From: Mobula hypostoma
Taxonomy: Eukaryota
Direction of reading: 5' to 3'
Length of the DNA: 64,000 nucleotides
NCBI RefSeq assembly: GCF_963921235.1
Contig: NC_086097.1
Coordinates: 60,018,001 to 60,082,000 of the forward strand
In this document: positions 25,222 to 37,506 of the stretch, piece after piece
Layout of the letters: every line of letters begins with the position of its first letter
How positions within the stretch are numbered: the stretch's first letter is position 1
The notes under the pieces: model-generated
Database searches by the model: none
Told to the model about the DNA's origin: nothing
What the model saw: only the letters and a program-made list of their open reading frames with translations
Translations under genes and position numbers: made by a program

Positions 25222-26630
25222 CTGATAATGCTCCCCAACTCTTCCTCTGCTACATTGATGACTGTATAAGAGCTACTTCATACACCAATGCTGAGCTCAT
25301 CAATATCATCAACTTTGCCTCCAACTTCCACTCTGCCCTTCCATTCAATGGTCCATCTCTGACACCCCCTCCCATTTCTCAATCTCTCTGTTTCCATCTC
25401 AGGAGACAGATTGTCAATCAAAATCTTTTATAAACCTACTGATTCCCATGGTTATCTTGACTATACCTCTTCCCACCCTATCTCCAATAAAATAGCTATT
25501 CCCTTGTCTCAGTTCTTGCGCAATCGCCGTGTCTGTTCCCAGGACATGGCTTTCTGTTCCCGGACATCAGAGATGTCCTCGTTGAAAGAATGGGGTTTCT
25601 CTCCCTCCAATATTGATGATACCCTTACCCGCATCTCCTCCATTTCCTGAACAACCACACTTACCTTACCTTCCCGCTGCCTTAACAGTGATAGAGTTCC
25701 TCCTGTCCTTACCAATCACTCCATGAGCCTTTGTAATCAACACATCATCCTCTGCAACTTCCGCTGTCACCAAAACGACCCTACTAAACATATCTTTACC
25801 TCTCCACTCCTCCGTCCACTTTCCTCAGAGATCTCTCCCTCTGTGATTCCTTTGTCCATGTGCTCCTGCCCACTAATCTCCCTCCTGATACTTACCCCTG
25901 CAAGTGGCCCAAGTGCTACACCTGCCCATACACTTCCTCTATCGCCTCCATTCAGGACTCCCAAACAGACCTTCCAGGTGAAGAAAAACTTCAGCTGCAA
26001 ATCTTCTAGGGCTACCTATTGTGTCTGGTGCTCCCAATGCGGCCTCCTCTACATTGGTGAGATCCATCATAAACAGTGGAGCACTTTGTCGAACACCTCC
26101 GCTCCATCTACCATAAAGTGGAGCTTCCCGATGGCCAAACATTTTAATTTCCATTTCCATTCCCATTCCAGCATTTTGGTCCATGGTCTCCTCTTGTGCC
26201 AATATGAGGCCACCCTCAGGATAGAGGAACAACACCTTATATTCCATCTGAGTAGCCTCCAACCTGATAGCATAAATATTGATTGCTCCACCCAATCTCC
26301 TCTTCCTCTGTTCCTCACTCCGACAGTTTACCTCTTTTCATTTGCCTATCACTTCCCCCCTAGTCCCCTCCTCATTCCCTTTCTCCTATGGTCCACTCTC
26401 CTCTCCTATCAGATTCCTTCTTCTCCAGCCTTTGACCTTTCTCACACACCTGGTTTCACCTATCACAGTCTAGTTATACTTCCCCTGCCCCCACCTTTTT
26501 ATTCTGGTGCCTTCCCCTTTCCTTCTCAGTCCTGATGAAGGGTCTCTGTCCAAAGTGTCGATAGTTTATTTACATTACTGTAGATTCTGCCTGACCTTCT
26601 GAGTTCCTCCAGCATTTTGTGTGTGTTGCT
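25222..26630 (+). mobile_element. Penelope-like element, 5'-truncated: RT C-terminus, GIY-YIG endonuclease and pseudo-LTR tail
   Basis: LFLCYIDDCI (YIDD at 25251-25262); IFYKPTDSHGYLDYTSSHP; FSCKSSRATYCVWCSQCGLLYIGE (GIY-YIG-like); EEQHLIFHLSSLQPDSINID; pyrimidine-rich 3' region; decayed hammerhead CAGTC-CTGATGA at 26527-26538. Confidence 0.92.
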
Positions 26631-27879
26631 CCCAATATTTGCTTCACTTTGGAGGGCACAAAATGTAAGTATCAAAATGTTGAAAAGTTTCAGGGAAAAC
26701 TGCTTGCCATCGTAAACTCTGAAAAGATGAATGCCTCAAGCCATACCATGTGAAGTCTTTTCAGGGACATAGTCTATTACTAATCAACCCATGTCCACCA
26801 TTCACAAACCTCTGAAGAAGATATAAGACCTTATATCTTCAGAGTCAAGGTGCAAGTTGCTTCACAGCCTGAATGGAGTGCTTAGATTCACATTTTGCTG
26901 TAAATTGTTTGCCACCTTTGCTACTCTCCAAACTTTAACAGATTCAGCACCTGTCAGCAACTGATACATACTTGTATGAGTCAGAATGCCTAATAATGCT
27001 GGCAATACAATATTGTTGTCTCACCGTTAATGAACATGGTATCAGACTTTCTTTGCCAACCTTGAGATGCATTGAGATAATTACAGATAATGGCTTCCTG
27101 CAGACTGAAACATTCAAAATGTCTATAGTAACAAAGTTCAGGAATAACATAACATTCTGACATTTTTCATAATTAAGTTTTTTTTTTAAGATGGAGTGCA
27201 AAGAGAAACAATTATTCACTTGTGAATAAGAATAATAAATAACTTTTTACAAACTATTAACTTCTGTATCAGTCATGTGTAATGTACATCACAGAGTTTA
27301 TAAATATGAATCAGAAGCTATCAAGGTTTTGGAGCCACCTGAGCACAGGGAGCATTGAGCCAGTGGAGCTGGAAGCAATCATCTGCTGCTTGGGCTGTGT
27401 TGCCTTGGCTGGTCTGAACCAAGAGTTTTCACGGGGAAATGATAGGGGTTTTGGGTGGTGTCCAATTGGAAAGGTGACTTTTCAGGCAAAAGTTAATGTG
27501 CTACTGAGGCATACTTAAGCAAGGGCTAGAAGATCCAACTTATGAAATGGCTGTCTCTAGGATGAACAATAGGAGTCACTTATCAAAAATAAAACTTATT
27601 TCTCCACACTGATCACTGGCTGTGATTTTAATGCTGATGCACATTACTGGAAGGTGATCAGGTAAATTTCTGATATGGTGCAAACCAATCCAAAAATGGT
27701 CATTATAACTTTTCACTCTGGTTAATGTCATTTTCAGACATATCATTTCTTAGCCTGTAACTATTGTGGCTAATTTGCAGAAAGGAAGATTCCATAATTA
27801 GTACTATGATTATAAATAGAAGAAAAACTTCTTTTAATGATGCTCATTGAAGAATTAGTATCAGTTTGGACATCTGAGA

Positions 27880-28080
27880 TAATTCCACTGTGCTTCACCT
27901 AATAAGTGCAAGGAGATCTAAGAGTACCTGACACAGCAGACAGGTATTTCACAGCATCTCATCTGAAAGAGGGACCTCTGGCTGTGAGGCTCCTGTCTGA
28001 ACTGTCAGCCAAAACTATTGAGCTTCAAACATAATATAGCATTTGAATCCTAATTGTTTTGGCTTGAAGGCAAAATTCAA
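27880..28080 (-). mobile_element. Very old Deu-domain SINE remnant
   Basis: 'gcagacagg...catctcatctgaaagagggacctc...tgtcagcc' resembles the Deu domain recalled for 3225-3520. Confidence 0.35.
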
Positions 28081-28264
28081 ACCAATAAATAAAATATCAT
28101 CTAGTGCTAATAAATAGATAAACAAATATATTCAAGAACGTAACTATTGGAAATTCCCTGAAATAGTAGCACAGGATTCCAATCATAGTGCCTTCCAAAA
28201 GATGCAATGAGCTAAGCAGAATGCACAGTCCCTCTGACCTCAAGCTCGAGGTAAAAGTTGTAAA

Positions 28265-29605
28265 CGTAGAAAACCTACTGCATAATACAGGCCCTTCGGC
28301 CCACAATGCTGTGCCAAACATGTACTTACTTTAGAAATTACCTTGGGTTACCCATAGCCCTCTATTCTTCTAAGCTCCATGTACCTATCCAGGAGTCTCT
28401 TAAAAGACCCTATCATATCCACCTTCACCACCGTCGCTGGCAACCCATTCCACGCACTCACCACTCTCTGCGTAAAAGAACTAATCCCTGACATCTCCTC
28501 ATATCCTACTTCCAAGCACCTTAAAACTGTGCCCTCTCATGTTAGCTATTTCATCCCTGAGAAAAAGCCTCTGACTGTCCACATGATCAATGCCTATCAT
28601 CTTATACCCCTCTATCAGGTCACCTCTTATCCTCCACTGTCCAAGGAGAAAAGACCAAGTTCACTCAACTGATTCTCTTAAGGCATTCTCCCCGATCCAG
28701 GCAACATCCTTGTAAATCTCCTCTGTGCCCTTTCTATAGTTTCCACATCCTTCCTGTAGTGAGATGACTGAACCGAACACAGTACTCCAAGTGGGGTCTG
28801 ACCAGGGTCCGATATAACTGTAACATTACCTCCTGGCTCAAACTCAATCCCACAGTTAATGAAGGCCAATGCACTGTATGTCTTCTTAACTGCAGAGTCA
28901 ACCTGCACAGCAGCTTTGAGTGTACTATGGACTCGGACCCCAAGATCCCTCTGATCCTCCACACTGCCAAAAGTGTTACCATTAATACTATATTCTGCCA
29001 TTATACTTGACCTACCAAAATGAACCACCTCACACTTATCTGGGTTGAACTCCATCTGCCACTTCTCCACCCAGTTTTGCATCCTATCAATGTCCCACTA
29101 TAACCTTTGACAGCCCTCCACACTATCCGCAACACCCCCAAGCTTTGTGTCATCAGCAACTTTTCTATCTCATCCCTTCACTTCCTCATCCAGGTCATTT
29201 ATAAAAATCACGAAAAGAGGTCCCAGAACAGATCCCGGAGGCACACCATTGGTCACCGACCTCCATGCAGAATATAACCCATCTACAACCACTCTTTTTC
29301 TTCTGTGGGCGAGCAAATTTGGGATCCACACAGCAAAGTCCCCTTGGATCCCATGCCTCCTTAATAAGCCTTACATGGGGTACCTTATCAAATGCCTTGC
29401 TGAAATGCATATACACTGCATCTACTGCTCTACCTTCATCAACCTGTTTAGTCACATTCTCAAAAAATTCAATCAGGCTCATAAGGCACGATCTGCCTTT
29501 ACAAAGCCATGCAGACTATTCATAATCATATTATGCCTCTCCAAATGTTCATAAATCCTGCCTCTCAGGATCTTTCCCATCAACGTACATACCACTGAAG
29601 TAAGT
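28265..29605 (-). mobile_element. 5'-truncated CR1 LINE
   Basis: ORFs 28678..29082 and 29195..29482 are near-identical in motif content to 22698-24957. Confidence 0.95.
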
Positions 29606-29649
29606 TTTAATGATGGTGTAAGAACATGGCATGGTTAGGTTCATCATAT

Positions 29650-30030
29650 TCAGACAGGGTGGTGGGGTGGAGATATGTCTCTACTTAAGGAGGTCTAAGG
29701 CAGTCTTTCCTTCCACTAACCTGCAGATCCCCCTTAGGCAAAGTGTAGCACCTGCATAGCCTCCCAGCCGGGTCATGCAAAGCCATTGGAGCAGTTGGTG
29801 GATAGTTGTCTGAGGAGCTAGTACACATCATAAGTCCTGGTTATGTGGCCACTGATGCCATGCAGACAGTCTCTGAAGAGTATTGATTAAGACTGGGGTC
29901 ACCTGTCCTGTTAAGACACTGCCCAGAAGACAATGGCAATCCACTTCTGTAGAAAAATTTGCCAGGAACAACCATGGTCATGAGATCATGATCGCCTACA
30001 TCATACGAAATGGCACATAATGAGTGATGA
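29650..30030 (+). mobile_element. RTE-clade-derived short non-autonomous element
   Basis: 3' part 'cagaagacaatggcaatccacttctgtagaaaaatttgccaggaacaaccatggtc' resembles RTE/BovB-type 3' ends; short TGA-repeat tail. Recalled similarity. Confidence 0.55.
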
Positions 30031-30269
30031 ACAAAACCAATCCAAGGGTCTCTGCGATATTGTGGCAATGCAATAATCTGGCTAACAGTATTCAAATTGT
30101 GTGCTCTGAAAGGAGGTAGGTCTTAAAGACAGTGGTACATTCAAGGACTTAGGAGAAATAAACAGCAATGTTGGATAATGGCTACACCATTGGATTAATA
30201 ATTGAATTAATAATATGGAAAATATGAGCAAATGACAAATCAGAAGACATTTGAAATCACCAAGATTAG

Positions 30270-30362
30270 CAGAAGGGTTTTAGCCTAAAATATCGACTGT
30301 ACTCTTTTCCATTGTTGCTCAGATCTGTTGCTCAGATTTCCAGCATCTGCAGATTTTCTCGG
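30270..30362 (+). mobile_element. Degenerate short Penelope tail
   Basis: 'gaagggttttagcctaaaatatcgactgtactcttttccat...agatttccagcatctgcagattttctc' is homologous to 57124-57245. Confidence 0.75.
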
Positions 30363-31789
30363 TTGAGATGTTAGAAACTGCGTTTCCTTGAACATACTGG
30401 ATTGTTCAAAAATTAATTTATTAATGCCTTTTAGAGAGGAAAACATGTCATCTTTACACATTCTGGCTTGAAGGTGCTACAGACCCAAATATAATCATAC
30501 ATAAATAACATTTTATTTGATTGCCTCAGTAGCATATTTACACGGTAATTAAGTATGATTAATAAATGGTCAGTCTTCCCCCGAAGCTCTCTGCCCAACA
30601 ATAAAAGCTAATAAATTGTAAAGAAAAATGTTGTGTGCAATTTGGAAATGAGATGATCCAGACAATCTTGGATGGATAAATGACAATCTTGAGCAAGGGA
30701 AAATCCTGGAGGAAGTTTGCCTCAACGTTGCAGTGTGGTATGCAAAGGAAAACTACAAGTACGTATTTGATTTGTAAACTCCTAAGATTAGTTGCAAATA
30801 ACTATGGTTACATAAACCATATATTTTAATATAATTTTGAATAATCTAAAATTATGGCTCATGCTCAGGATGTGTCACATAGAAACAGATCATGACCTGT
30901 CTATTCAGTTCTTCCATTGTACTCCATCAAGTTACAATCGTTCTTTGAATTTGTTTTAACATTTATGTTATTTTCTAGTATTTGGTTTGACATCAACATA
31001 AGATTTACATGTGAACAGCATCAACTTAGTGTGCTGTATTAGATTTTGTTAAATATTGGATGAATGTCTGGAAGGGCAAAATGACAATTTAGCTCTTTCT
31101 GATCTTGCAGCATGTGGGGTCTGTTAATGACTGTAGAATATTAGATGATAGTGGCAGGATTCTTAGCTGGATTCTTTCTTAGTCTCAGCCACTATTAAAA
31201 TGCAGATGTTCATCAATGGTTTGTTAGCTGGTTTGATGGATTCATTTTGGCTTTGGGTTTATTGCTTCTATGTAAGCACTAATGTAATTTTGTAAGTCCA
31301 AAGGAATGTTGTGTGCTACGAGCTGACAGGGAGTGACCATTACAACATCTAATTGGTTTATGATGACTGTGCCAGTGGACACAAGATGTGTTAAAAAAAA
31401 CAGGTAGTGTTGAGACAAAAGATCAAAGAGTCAGTCTGTCTTTGGATCTCACTGCATTGTGAAGCTTGAGAAGATACTGAGCTGCCTCTCCTGGCTTCTT
31501 TGGATTTCAACCAAGGGATGAAAATCATGATCTGTGTTGAGGACCCAGGGCTGGATTCATAAGCGAGTCAGAATTTGGAGCACCCCTGACAATAGGAACA
31601 ATCCAGTGGTGACTTAGAGTTGTGAACCCCACAATTTATGTACCTTGTTGAAATCTTGGTGGAAATCTTTGCAACTTGTTGTGTAGTATTTTGTGTGGTT
31701 TATTTGCGCTTTCTATTCTACGATATTAACATTAGGCTTAAATTACCTTGCTATGCGTGTACACGTATTACCACATCTTGCAAATTTCT

Positions 31790-32288
31790 ACAGATGTATT
31801 GTAGTATTGTAGAGAGCATTCCATCTGACTGCATCACCATCTGGTATGGAGGGACCACCAGGAAGGATCTAAATAAGTTGCAGAAAGTTGTAAACACAAT
31901 CAGTTCCATAATGGGCAGCAGCTCGCCAGCCTCCAGGACATCTTCAAGAAGTGATGCCTTAAAAAAAAAGCGGCATCCATTATTAAGTACCCCCATTACC
32001 TAGAGCATGCCCTGTTCTCATTTCTACCATCAGGGAGCAGGTACAGGAACCTGAAGACACACACTCAGTGACTCAGAAACAGCTTCTGCACCTCTGCCGT
32101 CAGATTCTGGTTGGACATTATACCCATGAACACTGCCTCACTACTTTTTCTGCACTACTTATTTAATTAAATTATATATATCTCTCACGGTAATTCACCA
32201 TTTTCATTATTAGGTATTGCAACATACTGCTGCTACATAACAACAATTTTCATGGCATGTGCCGCTGATACTAAACCTGATTCTGATT
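31790..32288 (+). mobile_element. Rex1-type LINE 3' end with (ATTCTG)n tail
   Basis: VESIPSDCITIWYGG...LQKVVN in ORF 31638..32003; tail 'aaacctgattctgattc'. Confidence 0.9.
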
Positions 32289-33189
32289 CCTGGACACTCA
32301 AATTGTTGGGTCTGATTAATCCAGCCCATTACACTCAGATGTTGTAATTTAATGTTAGTATTGCCATCAGGAACATTTTAAGCCTGGATACAGATCTGTG
32401 CCTGTAGGCTTTTAATTAGTTTGTCATCCTTGAGACACAGTACAAAGGTGATATTAAAGACCAGCCCCATATATTTCTTTCTAAGTGTAATGATCAGAAG
32501 AGATTTTTATCTGTGTTGTGGACTTTAGTGATCAAAACATCAATAACTGCTCAGCCAGCCTGAAGAATTCCTTTAATTACTTAAAGACGTTCAGAAGGCA
32601 GCTATGATGTTGAACTGGCTTTGAACCAGAAGTGACTGTCATCATGAGTACCATTTTTAACTAAAATCAGGTTGTAACATCAGTGATCAATATTGCTTGC
32701 GTTGAAATCCCGTCAGTAGTTGTCTATCAGTTTTATTACGAGCCATTCAATCATTGATTTTTGGGAAATCCAGGTACAGAGAGAGGTTTATTTTAACTAT
32801 CATTAGAAGATTAAAGTACACAAGTCAAAGGAAAGGAAAATTGCACAGAGTATAATTCACCATAGAGCTATTTCACTCTAGTAATGAAAGACATTTGCTC
32901 TACTAGTCCAGAAGTATGGATATTTAAACTTCATGCTATAATATTGAATTAATAAAAACAAGTTGGAGCTAATTTAGTTTTCATTATTAAATTAACATAT
33001 TCAGGTATTTGACATAGGGTTCAGAATGGCACTGCTGTTGCTGGGTGAATCCCGTGAAGATGGAAATTCACAAACCATAACTTCCCCCAGAGTGGGGATA
33101 ATTTCATGGAAAAATAAACAACTCTGCCTTCAGACTTAAAGATTTTGGCCTTGTCTTTTATTCATTAGGGTAAAATTTTACATATTACA

Positions 33190-33617
33190 TGTCAATGTGA
33201 TCAGATATAGCCCAACTGCAGAGAGAGAGAGACTCTGAAGCAGGCAATAGTTCACAGACTTTAATGCAAAAAAGTTAGAGGGAAAGGAAAACAATAAACT
33301 CTAGGCCAAACAAGGCTGTTGATTAAAGCTCTCAAATGGAAAATGAAGCCAACACTGTGGCTGAAAGGAATAACTAAACATAAAACGAATATCGCTAGTC
33401 TTCAAAGTGAGTTGACTCGACAGTCCAATTTCTCAGGCAAGACTGAATGCAAACAGACAGCGAAATGTTGCTGTACTTTGCTCAAGTCTCAACAACCACT
33501 AATTTCAAAAAGAATGGAGTTAAATACCATCACAATTAAATAATGATTAGCTGACATGTGCACATTCACGTGCACAATTGCTGTACCTGCTGGCCTACTG
33601 AAACCATGGTTGTGACA
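33190..33617 (-). repeat. Probable 3' LTR of a chromovirus-type Gypsy element
   Basis: TGTCA...TGACA termini, a purine-rich tract adjacent on the minus strand (33622-33632), directly downstream of the chromodomain coding region. Confidence 0.65.
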
Positions 33618-33659
33618 GGGCCTCGCTCCCTAGGTGCAGCCTCTGAAGCGCCACAGACC

Positions 33660-34250
33660 TGTGTCTACTGGAAGTCTTAGATGAAGAACTTGTCCAAGAT
33701 GTCCTTCGCTGGGATCTAAGTATGTTCTTCTGGACCCTACCCTTTCCAGTCCACAAGGTATTGGACCTTACCACATACCTGGTGAGATGCTAGGAGGTGC
33801 CACACTGTATAGACAAGGGAACCATCTACCAGGCAGGGAGGAGGGGGAGGTGGGTTGCCTGGGGCCAGGAGAGAGGTAGTAACTAGCTTGAGCTGGGAAA
33901 CATGGAATACTGGGTAGATCTTCAGTGATGTTGATAGACGCAATCTATGCGACACCTTGTTGACCGACTTTTCCACTACAAACAGTCCCACTTTGTGCAG
34001 TGACAACTCAGCTCTCGAATTTTGGAGAAGATCCCTTGATGCCAACAAATCCTCACCTGGCTTGAATGGCCTTACCTGTCAACGGAGCTGATCAGCCTGC
34101 CAGGAATGCTGTTTCTGGGCATGCAGCAGACAAGCCCTGGCTCATCTCCAAGTGCGCTTGTAGCACTAGATCAGCTGTTTAGTGGCAGGAACACATATAT
34201 TAATCACCTAATCAGGGAAGAGTGGAGGCTGGAATCCCATCTGGCATTCA
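33660..34250 (-). pseudogene. Chromovirus integrase C-terminus (GPY/F region) and chromodomain, degenerate
   Basis: GFQPPLFP...; ORF 33737..34048 has IYPVFHVSQLK...PPPP...VQYLVDWKG followed by *GPEEHT. Confidence 0.9.
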
Positions 34251-34936
34251 TAAGGAGACAAATAGCTGTCTCTGAAAGCACTCCAAGAGTGGGGACCAGC
34301 ACGCCAGTCTACCTGTCTGGGTCCAGCTCAAGCTCCATTCCACGAATCTCCTCCTGTGTCAGCTAAGGTTGTGGACCGGTATGGGATTCCAGCCAAATAT
34401 ATGGATCTTCTTGAGGTCTTCAGTGGAAGGAAGGCTACCGCCCTGCCCCTACACTGGCCATAGGACTGTGCCATAGACCTTCTACCTGGCACTAGTCCTC
34501 CCCAGGGTCAGCTCTTTGCCCTCTCTCATCTTGAAATGGTGATCATGGAAGAACACATCAAGGAGGCATTGACCATGGGACTTATCCATCCAACAACCTT
34601 GCCAGCAGGAGCAGGCTTTTTTATGAGCAAGAAAGATGGCAAGCTCCATCCCTGCTTTAATTATCAGCCCCTGAACAACATCACTGTGAAGAACCACTAC
34701 CCCTTCCCCTGATGGTGTCTGCATTTGAATATCTCCAGAGAGCAGCCATGTTTTCCAAACTGATCTGAGCAATGCTTACAATCTGGTTCGCATGAGAGAA
34801 GAGGATGTGTGGAAGATAGCTTCCACACATGATGCCTTTTGATCTGGCCAACGCCCCCGCTGTATTCCAGGTATTGATTAACAACGTGCTCCGGGACATG
34901 TTGAACCAGCTTGTGCATTTAGACAGCCTCCTTATC

Positions 34937-35032
34937 CAGTCCTACTGAAGGGAATTGGCCCGAAATATTAACAGTACTCTTTTCCATAGATGCTGCCTGG
35001 CCTGCTGAGTTCCTCCACCATTTTATGTGAGA
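34937..35032 (+). mobile_element. 96-bp Penelope-tail insert with 8-bp TSD
   Basis: TCCTTATC at 34929-34936 and 35033-35040. The insert begins CAGTCCTACTGAAGGGAATTGGCCCGAAA. Confidence 0.85.
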
Positions 35033-35330
35033 TCCTTATCTATTCCTTTTCTCATCAGGAACATGTTCAGCATGTCCAGAGAGTACTCAGAAAATAACCT
35101 GTATACCAAGCCCAAAAAATGTGAGTTCCATAAAGACCAGATGTCATTTTTGGGCTATGTACTTACCCCATCCAGTGTTTAAATGGACCCTAATAAAGTT
35201 CAGGCAGTTACAGAGTGGCCCAAACAATCTACAGTCAAACAGGTATGATGCTTCATGGGGTTTGTGAACTTTTATTGCCACTTCATCCGGAATTTCGGCT
35301 CTATCGTGGCTCCCATAAAGGCACTCACTA

Positions 35331-35382
35331 GGAACATAGAACATAGAACAGTACAGCACAGTCCCACAATGTTGTGCTGACC
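35331..35382 (-). mobile_element. Tiny CR1-type 3' tail insertion inside the Gypsy RT
   Basis: gaacatagaacatagaacagtacagcacag...cccacaatgttgtgctgacc is a reversed CR1 3' end with (TTCTATG)n. Confidence 0.7.
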
Positions 35383-36249
35383 ATCAGGATTCCATTGGAC
35401 AGATGATCGTGACCAAGCATTTTCGAAGTTAATGTGACTTTTCAACACTGCCCCAGAGCTGCAACACACAGACCCATCACAGCCATTCATTGTCAGGGTG
35501 GGTGCATCCGATGTTGGCATTGGAGGTGAACTCTCTCAACGCTCTTCTGCATATAAATGGTTGCACCCTTATGCCTTTCTTTCTCATCGCTTGACTCCAG
35601 CCGAGGAACTATGATGTTGGAAACTGGGAACTTATGGCTGTCAAGGAGGCCCTGGAGGAATGATGACACTGGCTGGAGGGGGCAGACCATCCTTTCTTGG
35701 TCTGGGCAGATCATAAGAACCTCTCCTACATTCAGGATGCAAAGAGACTCAACTCTTGTCAAGCCTGGTGGGCTCTCTTCTTCACATGATTTAATTTCAT
35801 CCTCACCTATTGTCCGGGCAGCAAGAATACAAAGGATGACGCTCTCTCCCAGCAATCAATCTATGGGTTATGTTGGGATAACCAAGGGAGACCAAGTACC
35901 AGTGGCAGTTCAGGTGAATCAACCCGATATAAAGAGAGATCTTCTTGATGGTTGCCTTCGAGTACAAGTGGGATGGGTTGAGTGCAAAGGTGGATCTGGT
36001 CAGAGCCCAGAGGTCAACCATCCAGTGCCTTTATATTGATTTTTTCCTCTTAATTTCTGAGTCGTAACTGCCCATCTTTGAGATAGAGAGATATCCATGA
36101 GATTTTGGGCAGGGGAGGCTTTGATGATTGGGTTTGATGTTTCTTTCTGAATGACTTTCATCTTCTTTCTTTGTTTCGTGGCTACCTGGAGAAGACAAAT
36201 TTCAGAGCTGTACATGTGTACATGCTTTGATAATAAATAAACTTTTGAA

Positions 36250-36760
36250 GACAGAGAACGGGGTTGAGAGGGATAATAAGTCAGCCATGATGGAATGACG
36301 GAGCAGATTTGATGGGCCCAATGACCTAATTCTGCTCCTATAACTTAAGTTCTTAAGGAATAAATGTGTAGACTATTTTCTAAATCGGAGTTGATTCAGA
36401 AAGCAAAGGTGCAAAGGGATTTTGGAGTTCTCGTTCAGGATTTCCTATTGTTTAACTTACAAGTTGAGTCAGTAACAAGGAAGGCATATGTAATGTTAGC
36501 ATTCTTTTCCAGAGGACTAGAACATAAAAGCAAGGATGCAATACTGAGGCTTTATAAAGCATTGGACAGTTTGCTTTAGAGAATTGTGACAGTTTTGGTC
36601 CCCATATCTAAGAAAGGATGCTCTGGTGTGCGAGGTCATCCAGAGGAGGTTTATGTGAATGACCCTGAGAATGACAGGGTTAACATATGAGGATTATTTG
36701 ATGCTCTAGGCCTCTACTCTCTGCAATTTAGAAGAATGAAGTTGGATCTCATTGAAATCT
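36250..36760 (+). mobile_element. CR1 fragments (a 3' UTR followed by an older ORF2 C-terminal piece)
   Basis: ORF 36364..36579 has VQRDFGVLVQ...SRGLEHKSKDAILRLYKAL. Confidence 0.75.
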
Positions 36761-36764
36761 GGTG

Positions 36765-37140
36765 GGAGGAGAAGATGGCGGCGTGACACAGCTTGCAGCG
36801 GCCACTCCGGTGAATGATATCTGTTATCTGTCAAGTAGGGTGCCGTGCACAATCCTGATTTGATGGAGACAGACGTGAAAGCATGAAGGAACATCTGATG
36901 AAACTTCTGAAATGCCTGTTTCGCTGCCACTGCTGCTGTATGATCCAGAATCTCCGGAGGGGAAGGCCCCGAGTCCTCAGCTTTGCTTGTTGCTCGGTGG
37001 CCGGGGCAGGGTTGAAGCGCTCAGCAGAGATGGTGCTTGGTGCCGGAGGGCTGGTCGGAGGCTCGAAGTTTTCGGACAGACTGAGAGTCGACTGCGGTCG
37101 GGTGCTTCCAATGCATTGGCAAGTTTGCGGCACTTCCATC
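36765..37140 (+). mobile_element. GC/CpG-rich 5' end of an unidentified retroposon
   Basis: Starts 'ggagaagatggcggcg', a typical LINE 5' motif. CpG-rich and interrupts CR1 sequence. Confidence 0.5.
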
Positions 37141-37506
37141 TGCGTGAGATGGAGCTATGGGACTTGAGACTTGAGTATGTTTAAAATGAAGGATGGATGA
37201 ATTGAAAAGTTTAGATGGATATAGTCCAAATGCAGGCAAAAGGGTTTAGATCAGGAAGGCATTTTGATCAGCATTGACGTTGAGGCCAAAGAACATACTT
37301 CTGTGCTCTAACAATTCTATGAATCTTTGACATAATAGGAGTAAAAAATACCAAAATTGAAACATTAACAATAATGGATTTCTGACTCAATGACTCAGGC
37401 AACATCCATGGCAAGAGAAATGGGATTGGAATTTCAGTTTGATGATTTCCCATCAGAATGGGAAATGTAGAAAGCAGAAAATATTAAGTTACATGGAAAG
37501 GTGGAA

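Larger units (their letters stand above)
34290..35855 (+). pseudogene. Chromovirus-type RT and RNase H, degenerate, on the opposite strand to the adjacent integrase
   Basis: DLLEVFS...[49 protein letters not shown] (YLDD site), KCEFH, DASDVGIG, NYDVGN, DHKNL, YCPGSKNTKDDALS, read across frameshifts. Confidence 0.9.

Noticed and set aside
25723..26535. 270-aa ORF as an intact host gene
   Set aside because: It passes through frameshifted Penelope endonuclease pieces and a low-complexity pyrimidine tail.
26527..26565. Hammerhead in the long Penelope copy as an active ribozyme
   Set aside because: CTGATGA is intact but the GAAAC box is mutated (ccaaagtgtc). The same applies to decayed copies near 30270, 34937, 51250 and 61170.
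31271..31780. Possible solo LTR (TGTAAG start)
   Set aside because: No convincing TSD or terminal inverted match, and no second copy in the window.
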